Source of the DNA: Bacteroidales bacterium
GTDB taxonomy: Bacteria > Bacteroidota > Bacteroidia > Bacteroidales > B18-G4
Reading direction: 5' to 3'
Assembly: GCA_018400295.1 (NCBI GenBank)
Contig: JAGYMZ010000012.1
Span: 1,129 to 65,128 of the forward strand
Length of the DNA: 64,000 nt
Shown here: in pieces, positions 1 to 9,600 of the stretch
Layout of the letters: each line of letters begins with the position of its first letter
Numbering within the stretch: the first letter of the stretch is position 1
Notes under the pieces: generated by a model
Told to the model about the DNA's origin: nothing
The model's database searches: none
What the model saw: the letters and a program-made list of their open reading frames with translations, nothing else
Position numbers and translations under genes: made by a program

Positions 1-81
1 GCAGGGATTCCGAACTGATGAAATATGATCTGGAGGCCGAATAATTTCAGGGATGATTCATCGGATACCCGCACGCTTATG

Positions 82-609
82 TCAGCCAATAATATAAGCC
101 TGGAAAGAAACAATGATCGTGATTTTCTCCCCGGCAGAATCCATATTGTTGTTAAAAAACTTACCCGGGTCCATTTGGGTGCTTGCTATAAAGCGATGCA
201 ATCCGGATCGTTGATTTGAATAGTTTTTAACGGCCAGGTCAAACAATCTGGTCACTGTATTTTCTTCATGCAAAAAATGCAGTTCCACGGTGTAGGACTG
301 ATCCGTATCTTCGCTGTACTGAATTATTTCCAGAGGCAGGTTGCCGGTGATCCTGACAATATTTTCTTTTGGGGCGGCACCAGATTTTTCTTGTTCGGGG
401 ATAAGGTCCAGGTTCGATAGGTCAAGTACAATATCCAGTCTGCCGGTTTCATAATTGAGCATAACCCTGAAGTTACCTGTTTGCGCTTTTGCTGGTTCCC
501 CATTCCAAACCCCGGTGATTTCAATTTTCTGGTCTTTAATCTGAAGGTGCTTCTGACTGTATCCTGTAAGGGATATACTTAGGATAAGTGCGATGAGGAT
601 CTTTTTCAT
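82..609 (-). CDS. Hypothetical secreted protein (175 aa)
   Basis: Starts MKKILIALILSISLTGYSQ, a typical Bacteroidota signal peptide; beta-rich body; family not recognised. Confidence 0.75.
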   Translation of the reverse strand: MKKILIALILSISLTGYSQKHLQIKDQKIEITGVWNGEPAKAQTGNFRVMLNYETGRLDIVLDLSNLDLIPEQEKSGAAPKENIVRITGNLPLEIIQYSEDTDQSYTVELHFLHEENTVTRLFDLAVKNYSNQRSGLHRFIASTQMDPGKFFNNNMDSAGEKITIIVSFQAYIIG

Positions 610-911
610 AATGGAAAATGAATATGTAACGTGTAAAAATACACATGAATTGTGAAATATGCAGGAAACGGCACAGAAATTTTCAGTATGGCAAAGGATC
701 CGGGACTCAGATATGTATTATGGCAGCATATACTTTGCGTGAAAAAGAGCTTTTCCGGATCAGGAGGGGATCATATGTTTATTATTCATCGTGGTATACA
801 GCCGGGCAGAGGATCTATCTATGTAGATTTGACCATGCCTCATTGTTGTTCCTGTTCTTCACGTCATTTGTATTAGTTTTGTGGAATATTTCTCCAAAAC
901 GCATCACATAG

Positions 912-2612
912 ATGAACCATTCTTCGGATATCTGGCTCAAAGCCTCCGTGGCCGGAAGTCTGTGGGCTGGCAATGAGATCATTGTCGGAAGTTTTCTTCA
1001 CAATCTTCATGTGCCCTTGTCGGGCATGATCCTATCCATGGTATCGGTTGCTTTGATGGTGGGATTCCTGCAGGTTTGGCGGGATAAAGGACTCATCTGG
1101 CGGGCAGGGTTGATCTGTGCCCTTATGAAATCCGTTTCACCAAGTGCAGTGATCATCGGTCCTATGGTGGGTATTTTCATGGAGGCTCTTCTGATGGAAG
1201 GGTCCATCGTTGTTTTTGGAAGGAACTGGGCCGGATTTATTATTGGTGGCATCGCAGGAGTTTTGAGCACTTTGGTTCACAAGGTTGTAAGCCTTTTGCT
1301 TTTATATGGATTTGATTTTATACGTTTGATCGAAAGCATGTATTTGTTTGCCGTCGGGCAATTACGTTTTGAACAACTGGAACCTGTTGTTGCACTCATG
1401 ATACTGATATCGGTGTATACAATATTCGGGATTATGTCTGCACTTTTCGGCGTTAGGGCCGGCATGCTGTTCCAACGTTCGGGAATGGGAAGCGGCAGGG
1501 CGGGGAATGAGGATATAAAAAAAGGTCCTATCCGGTGGGCACCACCAAAGCACAGGAACAACCTGTTCTTTATTTTTCTGCATATTCTTGCCATGGTACT
1601 TGTCCTTTTTCTTATCAATCGATTTCCAATTTACCTGGGTGGCGGACTGGCATTTTTATACATTGTATTTGCCATTCTGTTTTATAAGCAAACGGTCCGG
1701 TATTTAAGCAAGCCAGGATTCTGGATGCAGATCCTGTTTATGGTGTTGGTTGCTTCCTTGTTTTGGGAGTGGGTTGAGACAGGAAAAATGCTGAGTATGG
1801 AAGGATTGCTCACAGGAATTAAGATGATGATCAGGGCCCTGGTTATCGTTGTGGGATTTGCCGCTGTCAGTGTGGAGTTGCGTAGTCCGGTCGTACGGGC
1901 CATTATAGTGGACAGAGGATATCCTCAACTGTATAATTCCCTGGAATTGGCATTTTCCATATTACCTTCTGTTGTGAAGCATTTTGTCAAACCTTACCGC
2001 CTGCTCACACGTCCGGTCCGTTCAATGGCCTATATACTTTCCATGGCTGAGGAATTGTACAATGAACAAAAAACGGCCGGAAAGAGGACTGTTACTATTC
2101 TGGAAGGTGGCATTGATGCGGGGAAAACATCTTATTTAAAGAAATATATAAGGATGGCGAGATCCAAAGGGATCAAGGTAGCCGGGATCCTGTCAGAGAA
2201 GAAATACACAGGCGGAGCACATATGGGCTATATGATACAAAACGTGGGAACGGGGGAAAGGCGACAGTTATGTACCACCGGAAAGCACGAGGGGTGGCCT
2301 GCGGTGGGCCGGTATTATTTTAATCCGGAAGCATTTGAAGCGGGTATCAAATGGATTTCCGGATCCGCAAAACAGGCAGGGCTCATTATTATCGATGAAA
2401 TCGGTCCGCTTGAGCTGAAGGGTCGGGGATGGGCCCCGGTTTTAAACCGGATCGAAGCGCTGGGGGGCAAATGGTTGCTGGTTGTAAGGGAAGGACTTGT
2501 AACTGAAGTAGTAAATAGGTTCAATCTCCACGATGCACAAATAAAAAAGTTGGCGGATGTTGATGTTGGGGGGGAGGTTTTTACAGATGTCATCCAGATG
2601 TCATCCGGATGA
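912..2612 (+). CDS. Polytopic membrane protein (ECF-transporter-like) fused to a C-terminal P-loop NTPase (NTPase_1/THEP1-like)
   Basis: First ~380 aa contain many hydrophobic helices; C-terminus has Walker A GGIDAGKT and Walker B IIIDEIG with GPLEL, typical of THEP1/DUF2478-type NTPases. Confidence 0.7.
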   Translation: MNHSSDIWLKASVAGSLWAGNEIIVGSFLHNLHVPLSGMILSMVSVALMVGFLQVWRDKGLIWRAGLICALMKSVSPSAVIIGPMVGIFMEALLMEGSIVVFGRNWAGFIIGGIAGVLSTLVHKVVSLLLLYGFDFIRLIESMYLFAVGQLRFEQLEPVVALMILISVYTIFGIMSALFGVRAGMLFQRSGMGSGRAGNEDIKKGPIRWAPPKHRNNLFFIFLHILAMVLVLFLINRFPIYLGGGLAFLYIVFAILFYKQTVRYLSKPGFWMQILFMVLVASLFWEWVETGKMLSMEGLLTGIKMMIRALVIVVGFAAVSVELRSPVVRAIIVDRGYPQLYNSLELAFSILPSVVKHFVKPYRLLTRPVRSMAYILSMAEELYNEQKTAGKRTVTILEGGIDAGKTSYLKKYIRMARSKGIKVAGILSEKKYTGGAHMGYMIQNVGTGERRQLCTTGKHEGWPAVGRYYFNPEAFEAGIKWISGSAKQAGLIIIDEIGPLELKGRGWAPVLNRIEALGGKWLLVVREGLVTEVVNRFNLHDAQIKKLADVDVGGEVFTDVIQMSSG

Positions 2613-2618
2613 CATCTG
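2584..2618. repeat. Palindromic repeat copy 1: (CAGATGTCATC)2-CG-(GATGACATCTG)1
   Basis: Read directly; perfect 24-bp palindrome at 2595-2618 plus one extra unit; contains the TGA stop of the 912-2612 gene. Confidence 0.9.
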
Positions 2619-2634
2619 AGAACATATCATATAT

Positions 2635-2642
2635 TATATTTG
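2635..2642 (+). promoter_or_regulatory. Bacteroidota primary-sigma -7 element (TATATTTG) for the FMN reductase gene
   Basis: Matches TAnnTTTG, 33 nt upstream of ATG 2676. Confidence 0.55.
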
Positions 2643-2675
2643 TTAGTACAGCAAAACCCACAAAATTCAATAATT

Positions 2676-3254
2676 ATGAAATATACTATTTGCCTTATTT
2701 ATGGTTCGGTTCGGTTTGAAAGAAAAGGAATAAAGGCTGCCAATTATATGAGATCAAAGTTGGAAGAAATGGGGTATTTGGTACACTTTATTGATCCCCG
2801 GGAATATCAATTGCCTTTCCTTGATAAAATGTACAAGGAATTCCCCCAGGGCAGTGCGCCTGAAGTCATGGAAGAAATTGCCGAAAAACTAAGAAGCTCC
2901 GATGGTTTTATAATTGTTACCGGAGAGTATAACCACAGCATACCACCAGCATTGAAAAACTTATTGGATCATTTTCAGCAAGAGTATTACTTTAAGCCTA
3001 GCGCCATCGTGTCATATTCCGGTGGGTATTTTGGTGGCGTTCGTGCTGCTGTTCAGTTGCGGGCGATCTTGGCCGAGTTAGGCATGTCGAGCATACCTTC
3101 TGTGCTTCCGGTGCCGTTTGTACAGGATGCTTTTGATAAGGATGATCAACCGGTTAATGATATTATAAATCGGTCGGCAAAAAGATTTTTAAATGAATTT
3201 GAATGGTACCTGGAAGCGTTGAAGCTTCAGCGGGAGAAAGGAACACCGCACTAA
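2676..3254 (+). CDS. NAD(P)H-dependent FMN reductase family protein
   Basis: GSVR..RKG, VTGEYNHSIPPALKNLLD, KPSAIVSYSGGYFGGVRA motifs; ATG at 2676 preferred over TTG 2640. Confidence 0.9.
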   Translation: MKYTICLIYGSVRFERKGIKAANYMRSKLEEMGYLVHFIDPREYQLPFLDKMYKEFPQGSAPEVMEEIAEKLRSSDGFIIVTGEYNHSIPPALKNLLDHFQQEYYFKPSAIVSYSGGYFGGVRAAVQLRAILAELGMSSIPSVLPVPFVQDAFDKDDQPVNDIINRSAKRFLNEFEWYLEALKLQREKGTPH

Positions 3255-3316
3255 GTTAATATTCTGTATTTTTGGTTGATACCGCGGTTGCTGATGTTGG
3301 CAAAATTATTTAGGAA

Positions 3317-3363
3317 CAGATGTCATCCGGATGACATCTGGGATGACATCTGGATGACATCTG
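3317..3363. repeat. Palindromic repeat copy 2: (CAGATGTCATC)1-CG-GATGACATCTG-G-(GATGACATCTG)2
   Basis: Read directly; 24-bp palindrome at 3317-3340 followed by two more right-hand units; lies between convergent genes. Confidence 0.9.
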
Positions 3364-3401
3364 AAAAAAATGGGTCAGCAAGAATTCCCTCACTGACCCA
3401 T
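3364..3401 (-). terminator. Probable intrinsic terminator of the 3425-6526 gene
   Basis: ATGGGTCAG...CTGACCCAT stem; the A7 on the + strand gives a U-tract on the - strand. Confidence 0.55.
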
Positions 3402-3424
3402 GATGGCTATGCGTGTGTTGGGGT

Positions 3425-6400
3425 TTATCGCTTAACGATCTTTTTGGTGATGATCCCCTGGGTCGTTTTGATTTTCAGGATGTATAATCCTGCAGGGAAT
3501 CCGGATATATTCAGCGATTCCTTAAGCGATGGGTGTTCTAAAACCTTGATCAATTGGCCTGTATGATTATAGATATGGATTGAAACGGGTTGTGTGCTGC
3601 TTTCAACATAAAGCATATCATGGGCAGGATTGGGGTAAATCCTGATTTTGGCATCTGAATAAGGTTCCTGCATGCCTGTATTGAGGTCACAGCAGATATA
3701 GGCCTTCAGGTTCAATCCTGTATGTGCAGGGGTGCTGTTAATGACATCGATCTTTAATTGATTGATAGCACCAATGTTGAAGGGCCCCGATATTGTAAAC
3801 AGGTCGGATTCGGAGGCCGAGGAAGAAACATGGACCAGTGAGCCATTCAGATGGATCAATGCAGTATCGTCTACCATTACACAGAATTTCATGAATACAT
3901 CACCCTGGCACTGATCCGGGATTGAAAATTCTGCCATGTATGTATAAGGTCCCACTGGTGCAAATCCACCGCCACCGTTTTCCTGGTAGGATATCCAATT
4001 TGTTCCATCAAAAGGTGTTCCCCAGGTCGCAGGGATACTTCCCATGTTTATTGCGGGTCCTGTGGGTGCTCCTGTTGGAGAGGCCAGGATTTCCCAGGTG
4101 GGATCCGTTGTGCCGGAAGCCCCGGGACCGGTCATTATGGAGTCCATGGGATGTTCGCAAATGGTGCAGGGGCAATCATAGGGACAGTCAAAATACAGGG
4201 TATCGTAACACAATACGGTATCTTGCTTAACCATATCCCATCCCATCCATTCAACGATCACCTGCTGGGGGTTATGTGCCGGATCCGGGATCAGGGAAAG
4301 GTTTAGGATCTCTGAGAATGTTCCTGGAGATGCGGGGAGCGTGGTCATTTCAGCTACAGGGTAGGATGAACTTCCTGAAGGGTCCAGTGTCCAACCTGTT
4401 GGATAATAGTCTGGGTACTGTATGGTCGCATGACCGCTTCCGGTGGAAAAGGTCAGGGATATATAATCCACGTCCGGATCATCATTGGAAATATACAGAT
4501 CGTATTCACAGGAGTCCAGCTTCTGCATGCCAATATAGGTCTGGTCACACGGATCCATGCCGCAGCATACATAACCTTCCAGGTTGAACGCGATTTGAGA
4601 GGGGGTCAGATTGTACACGTGGACTTCCAGGGTGTTTACACCGGTAATAAAAGGTGGGTAGCCATCCGAGCTGATATAGGCCGGGGTATACATGGAACTG
4701 GCTGAACCCAGGTATGCTCCGTTAAGATATACCGCAGCGGAATCATCGGCCATCAGGCAAAGCTGAATGACAGGGTTCACACAATTATCAAGGGAAAACT
4801 CCCGTGTGAAAACATATGTTCCTTCGGGTCCCTGAGCCAGTGAATCGGAGGATATCCAATTCGTTCCCGGAAGTGGGGGTCCATAGCTCCAGTTGATGGA
4901 TCCATTGCTTCCGAACCAATTGACAATGCGTGCCGGTTCTGGTGTAACCGGGCCGGAGGGATCCTCAGTGAGCATCCATGTGGGATCTGTCATCCCGACC
5001 ATATCTGTACCGGTATTCAGTTCTGCCGTAGTTTCGGTGTTCTGGCATTCCGGATTGCAATCGTAGCCGCAGGTCTCGTTGATAAAAATATCGGAAGTCT
5101 CGCTGCTTCCACCGGCATTGGTCAGGTATGACCCGGCCAGGTTCCAGTCATCGGATTTGAACCATCCTGTAATTACCGGACAACTACTCTCCGTAACGTC
5201 TACACCCATACCGCGGTCATCAAATACGGCATGGCCCTGGGCAACCCAGTCCAGGGTCCCGGAAAATCCGTAACGGCAGAGAAAGAATTCCGAATAATTA
5301 TTATTGGTGGCATTTTGTATGATGCCGTGTCCAAAATCAATGCGGTTGCTGTTGTACCATCCGGTTACATATACTTTTTCCAGGGTATTGTCAATGGCCA
5401 GGTCTTTACCAACATCATTAAAGTTCCAGTTGGGGTCTGCATTCGCATCTGCGGTGCGTACCCATACCTCAGGACTGGCCAGCGACGGGTCGTATTTTAC
5501 AAGGTAATAGTCGCTGCTCATAAGCCAGGTGCCGGGATTGTTAATTGTGATCCCCGGTGTTCCGAATGTCAGGGAACTGCTGTAATAGGTCCCGGTCATG
5601 TACACCATGCCCGAAATATCCACAGCAATTGCATGACTTATGTCGTTGTCATCGCCGGAAGGATTGGTCGCCCAGTCCCAGCTTCCTCCTGCTTTTCTTG
5701 CCGCAAAGGCATCGGAGGTTGTACCGCTGGGGTCAGCGTTTGTGAGTACTAAGCTGGGGCTGAAGCTGATCGCAGGACTCTTGAAGTATCCGGTAACATA
5801 GATGTTTCCCAAACCGTCAAAGCTAATGTCTTTGCCGAAATCGTCGTTTGACCCTGAGGGGTTTTCAGGGTTGACAAATGCACCCGTGGCCGTCATATCA
5901 CTGATAAAAATATCAAATCCACCTGTACTTGCAAGATTCACAGGTCCCATTCCTAACAGGCTGCTGTTAAATGAGCCTGTGATGTAGAACGTGCCGGCAT
6001 GCTCAGTGATCGCTTCCCCGAATTCATCACCTGTACCCGTACCGGTATTGTTTGTGACAGACCACTGATGCACCCCACCGGAGTTATATTTGACTACAAA
6101 GAAATCGGACCCGCCGGAATTGGTCAATATGGATGCACCCCCGTCAAAACTTATGTTTCCGTTATCAAAAGAGCCAATCACATAGACATTGCCAGCAGCA
6201 TCTACAGCCAGGTCGTTTCCGTATTCATTCCCATTGATCCCCTGGCTGCTTTCTGCCCAAAGGATGTTTCCTGAGGGATCAAATTTGGCGGTAAAACAGT
6301 CCCATCCCCCACTGTTGGTTAAAACGACACCTGTGCCAAAGTCCAGCAATGGACCTTCATATGCCCCGGTAATGTAAATGTTTCCAGCATCATCCTGAAC

Positions 6401-6526
6401 AATGCTGTTGCTTACATCGTTGAGGTTGTCTCCAAATTCTTCTGCCCAAATGCTTGTCTGGGCGAACATTCCTGTTGAAAACAGGAAAAATGCGAGTAAA
6501 TTAAGGTATAAGATTTTTGTCTTCAT
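3425..6526 (-). CDS. T9SS-secreted protein with SBBP-like beta-propeller repeats, two jelly-roll-like modules and a type A CTD
   Basis: Signal peptide; repeated DxxGNxYxTGxF and DxFxxKY motifs; C-terminal IYPNP...GLYILKI...TKKIVKR. Confidence 0.85.
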   Translation of the reverse strand: MKTKILYLNLLAFFLFSTGMFAQTSIWAEEFGDNLNDVSNSIVQDDAGNIYITGAYEGPLLDFGTGVVLTNSGGWDCFTAKFDPSGNILWAESSQGINGNEYGNDLAVDAAGNVYVIGSFDNGNISFDGGASILTNSGGSDFFVVKYNSGGVHQWSVTNNTGTGTGDEFGEAITEHAGTFYITGSFNSSLLGMGPVNLASTGGFDIFISDMTATGAFVNPENPSGSNDDFGKDISFDGLGNIYVTGYFKSPAISFSPSLVLTNADPSGTTSDAFAARKAGGSWDWATNPSGDDNDISHAIAVDISGMVYMTGTYYSSSLTFGTPGITINNPGTWLMSSDYYLVKYDPSLASPEVWVRTADANADPNWNFNDVGKDLAIDNTLEKVYVTGWYNSNRIDFGHGIIQNATNNNYSEFFLCRYGFSGTLDWVAQGHAVFDDRGMGVDVTESSCPVITGWFKSDDWNLAGSYLTNAGGSSETSDIFINETCGYDCNPECQNTETTAELNTGTDMVGMTDPTWMLTEDPSGPVTPEPARIVNWFGSNGSINWSYGPPLPGTNWISSDSLAQGPEGTYVFTREFSLDNCVNPVIQLCLMADDSAAVYLNGAYLGSASSMYTPAYISSDGYPPFITGVNTLEVHVYNLTPSQIAFNLEGYVCCGMDPCDQTYIGMQKLDSCEYDLYISNDDPDVDYISLTFSTGSGHATIQYPDYYPTGWTLDPSGSSSYPVAEMTTLPASPGTFSEILNLSLIPDPAHNPQQVIVEWMGWDMVKQDTVLCYDTLYFDCPYDCPCTICEHPMDSIMTGPGASGTTDPTWEILASPTGAPTGPAINMGSIPATWGTPFDGTNWISYQENGGGGFAPVGPYTYMAEFSIPDQCQGDVFMKFCVMVDDTALIHLNGSLVHVSSSASESDLFTISGPFNIGAINQLKIDVINSTPAHTGLNLKAYICCDLNTGMQEPYSDAKIRIYPNPAHDMLYVESSTQPVSIHIYNHTGQLIKVLEHPSLKESLNISGFPAGLYILKIKTTQGIITKKIVKR

Positions 6527-6558
6527 GGCTTTGAGATTTTTTGATGTTAATTTTCATT

Positions 6559-6566
6559 CAAAGCTA
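6559..6566 (-). promoter_or_regulatory. -7 promoter element (TAGCTTTG) for the 3425-6526 gene
   Basis: Matches TAnnTTTG, 32 nt upstream of the start codon. Confidence 0.55.
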
Positions 6567-6649
6567 TGGCCTGATCGCTTATTTCCCAATACGAAATGAG
6601 CGAGTTAAGATTTTGAATGAGTAAATGATGAAATTGCCCGTGGCAATGA

Positions 6650-9600
6650 TCAGTGCGTTATTAATCTTTTGGTCAGGAGTTGTTTCCCGCATGCAATGCG
6701 GAGGAAGTAAATGCCTTTAGGAAAGCTTTTCATGTTAAGCGTTTCATCCAATGATCCTTTATTGGGTTGGAACACCTTCGCATAAAAATGATTTCCCAGG
6801 ATGTCGCTAATGTCCACTTTGACTGAAGTGCAGGACAATCCGTTTGCTTTCAGTGTGAAGATCCCTTTGTTCGGGTTAGGCTGAATATGAATGTCGGGGG
6901 TTCCGGAAATGTATCCCTTCATTCCTGAGCAAACATCAATGGAAAGGACCAGGTCGTCCGAGTCTGCTTGCATACAAGGTGATATGGGATAAGCGATCAG
7001 GCTCAGAACGGCCTGACCATTCTCGATATCCCCGGTGCCCGGGGTATATGTGGCATCCAGAATGCCCGGGTCATTGAAAAATCCGTCCCCGTCTGATTCC
7101 CAGAGCAGATAGCTGTAGTTATCTGCCGTTCCGTAAAGGGTTATGGTTTCATCGTGGCAAATGGTCGTATCCATTCCCGCGTTGGCATACGGTTCATTAA
7201 ATACAGTGACGTCCACGGAGGAATTGATGGTAGAATATCCATCATCAACGGTCACGATATAGGTTGTGTTTCCCGGGGGATATGCTGTTGGGTTCTGAAT
7301 GGAGTCGCTGAATCCTGGAGGGTCAGAAGTCCAGGCATAGCTGTATGTTCCAGATCCGCCGGAAGGTATGACATCAAGTTGTGTACTGTCACCCTCACAA
7401 ATATTGTCAGGAGTTGCCATGGCTTCTGCTGCCAGTGGTCCTCCGGTTATATTTATGGTTACGGTATCATCTCCGGCGCATCCGGTATTGAGATCGGTAA
7501 CGGTGAGTGTGAAAATCGTTGTGGCTTCCAACATAACGGTTTCAGTGGTCAGGTTGGTTGGGTCAATGACTTTATCCTGGGGTGTCCACAAATATGAAAA
7601 AGAGCCGGAACCGCCGCTCACCGCGCCGGATAATGTTGTGGAAGTGCCATAGGGGATGGTTTGAAAAACTCCTGCGTCGACGGTTGGCAATTCATCAATG
7701 GTTAGTTCCATGGCATGGGATGAATCCGTTGCACAGGGGAATACAGCGTTGGCAGTGAGGGTCAGTGTAACGGTCCCATTGGAAATATCTGCAATACCCG
7801 GCGTGTAAACCGGATCAAGGATTGAATCATTACTAAAAATGCCATCCCCGGTGGTTGTCCAGAAGACAGAAGCATGGTTTGATGCGGTACCTGAAAGCGG
7901 ATAGGTTTCTCCCTCGCATATCGTATCATCCGTACCTGCATTTGCTTCCGGCAGGTATTGGATGGAAAGTGTCATAATGTCTGTACTGTCTCCTGTGCAT
8001 GGCGATATAGAGTAAGCCGTGAGGCTCAGGGTCACGGACCCGGAATCTATATCGGCCGGACCGGGTGTATACAATGCACTGACGAGGGTGGAATCATCGA
8101 ATGTCCCGTCGCCACTGGTGTTCCAGAGTACAGAATCCGCATTTTCCACATATCCCTGGGTGGCAAGCGAAGCATTTTCGCAAATGGTGGTATCGTTGCC
8201 TGAATAAGCCAGCGCACGGGATAAGATGGTGAGTTTTGTGGTATCCAAAACGGAATCCGTGAGGGGAGCCAGGGCATAGGCGGTAAGGATAAGCAGAACG
8301 CTATCGTTGGTGACATCCCCTGTCCCGGGGGTATAGGTTGCATTCAGAAGTGCCGGGTCATCAAAGGAACCGTCTCCGGTTGTGTTCCATTCCACAGAGC
8401 TTTGATTGCCAACGGTCGGATTGAGTGTTACCGGATCCTGCTCACAGGTTATCTGGTCAGGACCGGCATTGACCGAAGGCATGGGGGGCTGGAACCAGAA
8501 AGAAGCTATGCGGGTTTTCCATGGTGCTGTGCCGGTGGTTTGTAAATATTCGTTGGTATACCAGAATGTGGTTGGACTGGATGGGTCTACTGCCATCATG
8601 CTGTAGTCTCCCCAGCGGCAGGCAGAACCTGTTTGGGCTCCGGTTCCTGCAAGGATCTCTTCCTCGGTGATGGTCATTTGACCGGGGGGATCGGTGGAAA
8701 ACCTCCCTGTAAAGCGAATGGCAGGATACATAGAGGAACTGGAAACGGAATATCCCAGGGCAATGTTGCCGTTGCCATCCATAGCGATACTGCCCATCCA
8801 GCGGTGATCGCTGTCGGGTGAAAAGGTGCCTTCCTGGTGAATTTCCCATCCGTTGCCGTTGTGTGTGTCCCGGATCTCATACCAGCGTATCCCGGCAACA
8901 CCACCGCCGGCATCCACGGTATGGTTGGTCAGCAAGGATTCATGGGTGCCGAAGTTCCGGTATTGGAGCCGGTACATCATCCGGTCGCTAAGGGCTTCCA
9001 GTTTTCTGGAAGTTCCCTGCTGGTCAATGCACCGTCCGCGGTAGGCGCTACAGATCTCCCAGTCGAAGGCTGCCGGTTGAAGGATCTTGGATTCCGTGAA
9101 TGTGGAGTTTGACGGAGTGGCCCAGTCTGCTGAAAATTCCCATATCCTGAGTTCATCTGTGGGGTAGCCCCAAACGTCGTCGTTAAAATAGGTGAAATAA
9201 TTTGGCGTTCCAGCAGGAGGGGGTGTCCCATCGAAATCCGAAGGCAGCATACTGGCTGGATCGCTTCCATTGGGGAGGTCGAACAGGATCATGGAGGCAT
9301 TCGGATCTCCTGCGAGCATGGAATCCCGTTCAAAAGCGGCAGCTGCCGCCCGGAAGTAGGATCCGAAAATATTAAAGGAAGCATAATAGGCATCCGGCCA
9401 AACGCCAAATTTTGGGTAATCGTTAAAAGCCGGGAACTGAAAGGCATATTGGTAATAAGATCCGGTTGGGTCGCTGGTTTCGGAAATGGCGATAAGCTGC
9501 CAGTATGTCCCATCGGAAGTGTTTACTGCAAACTGGCTGGCCAGCCAGCGGTCGGCAAGTTCGTCGTATAATACGATGGGGTCGCCGTCGTTGGTGCCGG

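Noticed and set aside
1-44. Possible 3' end of an upstream + strand gene (RDSELMKYDLEAE*)
   Set aside because: Too short to support from this window alone
610-911. Possible riboswitch (e.g. cobalamin) upstream of the ECF-like gene; short ORFs 645-911 and 652-876
   Set aside because: No riboswitch core motif recognised and the ORFs have no protein-like features; an Rfam scan would settle it
3276-3566. ORF containing DDIWDDIW repeats
   Set aside because: Translation of the palindromic repeat plus antisense of the T9SS gene
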